The notes below the pieces were generated by a model. That model made no database searches and was not told the DNA's origin. It saw only the letters and a program-made list of their open reading frames with translations. Position numbers and translations under genes: made by a program. Of a stretch of 64,000 bases of DNA, positions 61,446 through 64,000 are shown piece after piece. This stretch comes from Octopus vulgaris (lineage: Eukaryota), in NCBI GenBank assembly GCA_951406725.2, contig OX597819.1:84072001-84136000 (forward strand). The letters are read 5' to 3'. How positions within the stretch are numbered: position 1 is the stretch's first letter; every line of letters begins with the position of its first letter.

Positions 61446-63044
61446 TGTATGTATGTATGTATGTATGTATGTATGTATGTATGTATGTATGTATGTATGC
61501 ATGAATGTATGTATGTATGTATGTATGTATGTATGTATGTATGTATGTATGTATGTATGTATGTATGTATTGTATGTATGTATGTGTGTATGCATGGATG
61601 TGCACACTTTTTTTTCTTGTTTTTCCATCAATATATATACTGGTGAAACCACTCCCATTGAAAAAATGCCAGTGCCTCCTAATAACAAAAATACTTTATA
61701 TGGCTGATATGAGAATTTAGAAACATCAATAGAATGGGAAATAATACTTTTTTGGAATAGTTTAACTCCAAGCAGATAAACCTATGAATAATAGCATGTA
61801 AATATACCTGTGTCTACTCGTACAACCTCTGTCATGATTATAGGAGATATGGGTCTATGTCCCTTGGACACCTTTCATATACAACATACAGCAACACATA
61901 TTTTGAACAACTTTCACAGGTATTTATTCTTTTCTTATATTCTTTTACTTGTTTCAGTCCTTTGACTGAAGCCATGCTGGAGCACCGTCTCAACAGGTTT
62001 TAGTCAAACAAATCGACCCCAGTACTTATTTTTTTAAGCCTAGTACTTATTCTATCAGACTCTTTTGTTGAACTGTTAGGTTACAGGGATGTAAACATAC
62101 CAACACTGGTTGTCAAGTGATGATGGCGGAGAACAAAGACACATATATGTAAATATATACATATATATATGACAGGATTTTTTCAGTTTCTGTCTACCAA
62201 ATTCACTCATAAGGCTTTGGTCAATCGTACATTATAGTAGAAAACACTTTCCCAAGGTGCCACACTGTGGGACTGAACCTGGCACCATATGGTTTGTTCT
62301 TGCTTTTGTTTCCCATAAATCTGACCTCCTGTACCTTCTCATATACAACATATATAGGTGCAGGCTTGGGCATGTGGTAAGAAGTTTGCTTTCCAACCAC
62401 CTAGTTCCAGGTTCAGTCCCACTGTGTGGCACCTTGAGCAAGTGTCTTTTACTCTAGCTGCAGTTCAACCAAGGCCTTGGATATGGTAGCTGGACACTGA
62501 AAGAAGCACATCATGTGTGTGTGTGAGTTTGTGTTTGCGCCCCCACCCCACAAAAAACTGTTTGGCAACTGGTGTTGGTGTGTTTACATCTCAGTAACTT
62601 AGTGATTTGGCAAAAGAGACCAATAGAAGTACCAGGCTTAAAAAATAAGTACTGGGATTGATTCATTTGACAAAGATTTCAAGTCACTACTCTAGCATGG
62701 CCACAGCCTAATGACTGAAACAAGTAAAAGATAAAAGAGGAACAAACATGCAAGATTCCCTTTTCCAATGAAGGTTACTGGAATGGAACAGATTGTTAAA
62801 TACAGATTACAAAAATGTATTTTTTCCTACCTGTATTACCCTTTATATGGTATAATTCTAGAGCAGATAGTGAAAAAGAGTACTCATTCTGTTTATAATT
62901 ATGATTGCCATCAGAGAACCCAATAGATACTTCTGTATGTTCGAGTGTTTTTGTCCAGGATTGCATACCAGGGAGATAACTGAAGATGAAAAACGTCCTT
63001 TTTTCTGTTTGTGTAGGTACAAGGGCCATCTGGAAGGTAGCCAT
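32878..63044 (-). CDS. Mucin-like NIDO-AMOP-VWD-EGF single-pass membrane protein (MUC4/SUSD2/mesh-related); 14 exons in the window, 5' end outside
   Basis: join(63044-62831, 57839-57414, 55434-55256, 53989-53828, 49761-49581, 48417-48263, 46652-46529, 44749-44420, 42177-42001, 41110-41038, 40743-40691, 36167-36080, 35516-35366, 33033-32878) = 2469 nt, 822 aa plus stop. All junctions are GT-AG, phases are compatible, and there are no internal stops. Confidence 0.9.
33332..33727 (-). mobile_element. Non-autonomous Helitron
   Basis: Minus strand reads A|TC...cccgagcaacgccgggcgatactgCTAG|T. Confidence 0.8.
35366..35516 (-). CDS. Mucin-like gene exon: cytoplasmic tail ([11 protein letters not shown]...DPWE)
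   Basis: ctttcag acceptor, GAG|gtaagt donor, phase 2 to 0, polybasic stop-transfer stretch. Confidence 0.85.
36080..36167 (-). CDS. Mucin-like gene exon: transmembrane helix ([29 protein letters not shown])
   Basis: ttacag acceptor, AG|gtttgt donor, phase 1 to 2, hydrophobic stretch. Confidence 0.88.
36335..36554. mobile_element. piggyBac-like MITE (TTAA-CCCTTTAGCATT termini)
   Basis: Ends ..aaccttttagcatt and aatgctaaagggttga. Other copies at ~38491-38690, 59246-59472 and 63067-63296. Confidence 0.6.
36675..36888 (+). mobile_element. RTE LINE 3' fragment
   Basis: Translates to [41 protein letters not shown]. Confidence 0.7.
37160..37280 (+). ncRNA. Degenerate type I hammerhead motif with very long stem II (PLE pseudo-LTR remnant)
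   Basis: CTGATGA at 37167-37173. Stem II agttccatgc/gcattggaaact encloses cctatgaaga/tctttcatagg. GAAA at 37262-37265, then CGGCTG-TA. Stem I is weak. Confidence 0.5.
37820..38285. repeat. Degenerate (GGT)n/(GAT)n trinucleotide tract, preceded by an (AAAACCAYT)n 9-mer array at ~37655-37705
   Basis: Direct reading. Confidence 0.9.
38790..38830 (+). ncRNA. Minimal type I hammerhead motif in a short PLE-like tail (~38745-38935)
   Basis: gttt-CTGATGA-A-GAGC-tcc-GCTC-GAAA-CGTT-aaac, with self-complementary AACGTT as stem III and stem I gttt/aaac. Confidence 0.6.
39236..39572. repeat. Diverged tandem duplication, unit ~172 bp
   Basis: aaggaaatgttacttgagataaa...gatttgcctctcat...ctagaaaa..cagaataaga occurs twice. 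Confidence 0.8.
40691..40743 (-). CDS. Mucin-like gene exon: second half of EGF domain ([17 protein letters not shown])
   Basis: ttcaaag acceptor, A|gtaagt donor, phase 2 to 1. Confidence 0.85.
41038..41110 (-). CDS. Mucin-like gene exon: first half of EGF domain ([23 protein letters not shown])
   Basis: gtttag acceptor, AA|gtaaat donor, PCxNGGxC EGF motif. Confidence 0.88.
41466..41588. repeat. Perfect palindrome: 61-bp arms with a 1-nt loop, embedded in (TA)n
   Basis: 41466-41526 is the exact reverse complement of 41528-41588. Contains GAAA-CAG-ttctagtc-CTG-TA. Confidence 0.9.
42001..42177 (-). CDS. Mucin-like gene exon: EGF-like domains ([28 protein letters not shown]...[16 protein letters not shown])
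   Basis: gttacag acceptor, G|gtaaat donor, phase 1 to 1, EGF cysteine spacing. Confidence 0.9.
42568..42865 (+). mobile_element. SINE family B
   Basis: Same tRNA head as 6643, with a different 3' tail ending gcttgaaaagggcg(a)n. Confidence 0.8.
43695..44018 (-). mobile_element. tRNA-derived SINE sharing its 3' tail with the 6643-6997 copy
   Basis: Minus strand reads ..cttagtggttagggtg..gagttcaatcc..ccttgagcaaaacacttta.., with tail aatttcatgagcaggctgttccattgatc. Confidence 0.7.
44420..44749 (-). CDS. Mucin-like gene exon: beta-rich linker (TGIFNWTP) and start of EGF (CNCKNGGEC)
   Basis: tttcag acceptor, G|gtaact donor, phase 1 to 1. Confidence 0.9.
46529..46652 (-). CDS. Mucin-like gene exon ([20 protein letters not shown]...QKYF)
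   Basis: ctacag acceptor, G|gtaaat donor, C....CxxD motif typical after VWD in this family. Confidence 0.85.
46880..47390 (-). mobile_element. Decayed RTE LINE fragment (linker between EN and RT)
   Basis: [30 protein letters not shown]; KYFSDLNP; MLKC. Confidence 0.6.
48263..48417 (-). CDS. Mucin-like gene exon ([12 protein letters not shown]...SFVPRF...ETMQ)
   Basis: ctttag acceptor, CAG|gtaggt donor, W....SLFxY...F.P motif of the MUC4/SUSD2 VWD C-terminus. Confidence 0.9.
48945..49183. repeat. Intronic fold-back with ~110-bp arms
   Basis: tgatttcacataaatttgacag...gctccttcattggtt pairs with aaccaatgaaggagc...ctgtcaaatttatgtgaaatca. Confidence 0.85.
49581..49761 (-). CDS. Mucin-like gene exon: VWD ([21 protein letters not shown]...FEFGET)
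   Basis: ttatag acceptor, T|gtgagt donor, GLLG...DDF..FG.xW motif. Confidence 0.92.
51192..51340 (+). mobile_element. 3' end of an R4/Dong-clade non-LTR retrotransposon inserted in (TAA)n
   Basis: Translates [20 protein letters not shown], with (TAA)n on both sides. The same 3'UTR (tacttgttgtagcctgatgttagga) occurs at ~45514-45575. Confidence 0.75.
51880..52975 (+). mobile_element. Decayed Ty3/Gypsy gag-protease-start of RT
   Basis: Gag-like [23 protein letters not shown], degenerate Zn knuckle, protease [11 protein letters not shown], then [17 protein letters not shown] and SDWAAPIV. Stops and frameshifts; RT and integrase deleted. Confidence 0.85.
53064..53380 (+). mobile_element. Polypurine tract and probable 3' LTR of the Gypsy remnant
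   Basis: aaaaggggaga immediately followed by TGTAGTG at 53075. The right end (…ataaCA at 53380) is tentative and no 5' LTR was found. Confidence 0.45.
53828..53989 (-). CDS. Mucin-like gene exon: VWD middle ([10 protein letters not shown]...[12 protein letters not shown])
   Basis: ttacag acceptor, AAA|gtgagt donor, phase 0 to 0, 54 codons open. Confidence 0.88.
54363..54588. repeat. Intronic fold-back with ~97-bp arms and a ~32-bp spacer
   Basis: tgtgaagtatatttgccacttaaatg...cctcctccagttggctatt pairs with aatagccagctggaggagg...catttaagtggcaaatatacttcaca. Confidence 0.85.
54775..55078 (-). mobile_element. SINE family B
   Basis: Reverse complement of the 42568-type element. Confidence 0.75.
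55256..55434 (-). CDS. Mucin-like gene exon: VWD start with GDPH site ([25 protein letters not shown])
   Basis: tttcag acceptor, GAA|gtaagt donor, canonical WGDPHF.T.DG..YTFNG.GEY. Confidence 0.95.
55921..56370 (-). mobile_element. SINE family A, full length
   Basis: Same head, core and tail as 23655-24053. Confidence 0.85.
56855..57310. mobile_element. Head-to-head inverted pair of family C SINEs
   Basis: ~56855-57060 (-) and ~57097-57310 (+), both ending ggccttgtg.caaa.tttgaaaccaat. Confidence 0.75.
57414..57839 (-). CDS. Mucin-like gene exon: NIDO end + AMOP domain
   Basis: cttcag acceptor, G|gtgagt donor. Motifs GKQGVW, CPC..QA..D.RF, QCVY, P.GG and CC....C.LYY.RRP...C..Y.PP. Confidence 0.95.
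60102..60328 (-). mobile_element. SINE family C within (TAA)n
   Basis: Same sequence as 19186-19412, flanked by (TTA)n. Confidence 0.8.
61940..62735. mobile_element. Head-to-head inverted pair of family A SINEs
   Basis: ~61940-62290 (-) and ~62357-62735 (+). Confidence 0.75.
62831..63044 (-). CDS. Mucin-like gene exon: NIDO domain (ATFQMALV...TFFIFSY...IGFSDG...GNT)
   Basis: ctccag acceptor, G|gtagga donor, TFQ.xL...F.IF.Y...GF..G pattern of NIDO. Joins in frame to GKQGVW. Confidence 0.9.
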
Positions 63045-63541
63045 CTGGAGAAATGAAAACAAAAGATTAACTCTTTAGCATTTAGCTTTCTCTATCAAGT
63101 ATAATGCTCATTTATTCATATTGTTTTTTTATTAATCATACATTATCTCATAGCTTTGAGATCTCAACAATTTGATTGCTTGATTTTACAACAATGTTGT
63201 ATGGTAGGTGCAAAAAGCTGAACATGGCCAATTTGAATGCAGAACAGGTAGATTAATTGGGCTGGATATGGCTGGTTTTAAATGCTAAAGGGTCAAAGTA
63301 CTTAAGGATATGTTTTCTTTGATTTAATGTGATTAAACATACCATTAAATATAATCACTTCAAAAGTTATAATGAACTCAAATGAAACTATAAATTGTCT
63401 ATCTTAGTATAATGATCTTCCTTATAACCAACTGGAGGCTCTCTGTGGTTGCTTGATCTGCCAGAAATAGCAACCAAGTCTCTTTTGAAACAAACCTTAT
63501 TTTAAGAAAGGAAAGACAGATTGGATGATATCCAAGATATA

Positions 63542-64000
63542 CCATAAATCCTCGAGTATAATTCACATATTTTCCCCCAAATTTAAAGGTCTAAATCCCT
63601 AGTGCGTACTATATACGAGGTTAAAAATGAAAATTATTTTCTAAGCAATGTCCGAGTCTCTATTTGCTGTCCGGCAATGTTTATTCAGATGCATTTTGTG
63701 ATGTCAGGCACGAAAATAACTTAAGCTAAGCCTGAAAGCAATGAAGTCATAAAAGAATCATCCATAACATGCAGTAAGCAACATTTATTAAATGTTATTA
63801 CTGTTATTTCTTTATTTTCTACAAACAAAATGCACAAAAAAGCTACACGTTTGCATTATGTTATATATACAATAATAATAAAGGACGTTACCATTTACAT
63901 TTTTACAAACCAAGGACGTTATATAGACCTCCTTGACTTAAGTCAGAGAATTGGTGCATATCATACACAAGGTTTAGGTTTTTCAGAGGTACAGCCTCCT
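63542..64000. mobile_element. pogo/Tc2-like non-autonomous DNA transposon end, running off the window
   Basis: TA|ccataaatcctcgagtataa terminus. The subterminal gtgcgtactatatacgagg motif recurs in diverged form near 63954. Confidence 0.45.

Noticed and set aside
61630-61770. [19 protein letters not shown] resembling the CPL..CL...VY.A start of a PLE GIY-YIG domain
   Set aside because: Too short and degenerate to support as a feature without a search.

Overview
This is AT-rich, microsatellite-dense, intron-rich animal DNA. Its SINE families resemble those I recall from octopod cephalopods, so Octopus is likely (inference). The main gene lies on the minus strand at 32878-63044. I assembled 14 phase-compatible GT-AG exons into an 822-aa open frame that is incomplete at the N-terminus. 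Its architecture is NIDO-AMOP-VWD(GDPH)-EGF x3-TM-cytoplasmic tail, i.e. a MUC4/SUSD2/mesh-related mucin-like membrane protein. Two candidate first exons of an unidentified minus-strand gene lie near 18.0-18.4 kb and 20.3-20.6 kb. The rest is mobile DNA: at least five SINE-like families, RTE, CRE, R4/Dong, Ty3/Gypsy, Helitron, piggyBac-, hAT- and pogo-like elements, and Penelope-like (PLE) remnants. The three most interesting signals are: (i) a GGATC-terminated inverted-repeat element flanked by an unusually long 43-bp direct duplication, with related copies forming fold-backs; (ii) several type I hammerhead ribozyme motifs in PLE inverted pseudo-LTRs, including long-stem-II variants and palindromes cut inside the ribozyme; (iii) a Helitron CTAG|TC head-to-tail junction. 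Family assignments come from motif recognition by eye, not database searches, and repeat boundaries are approximate.
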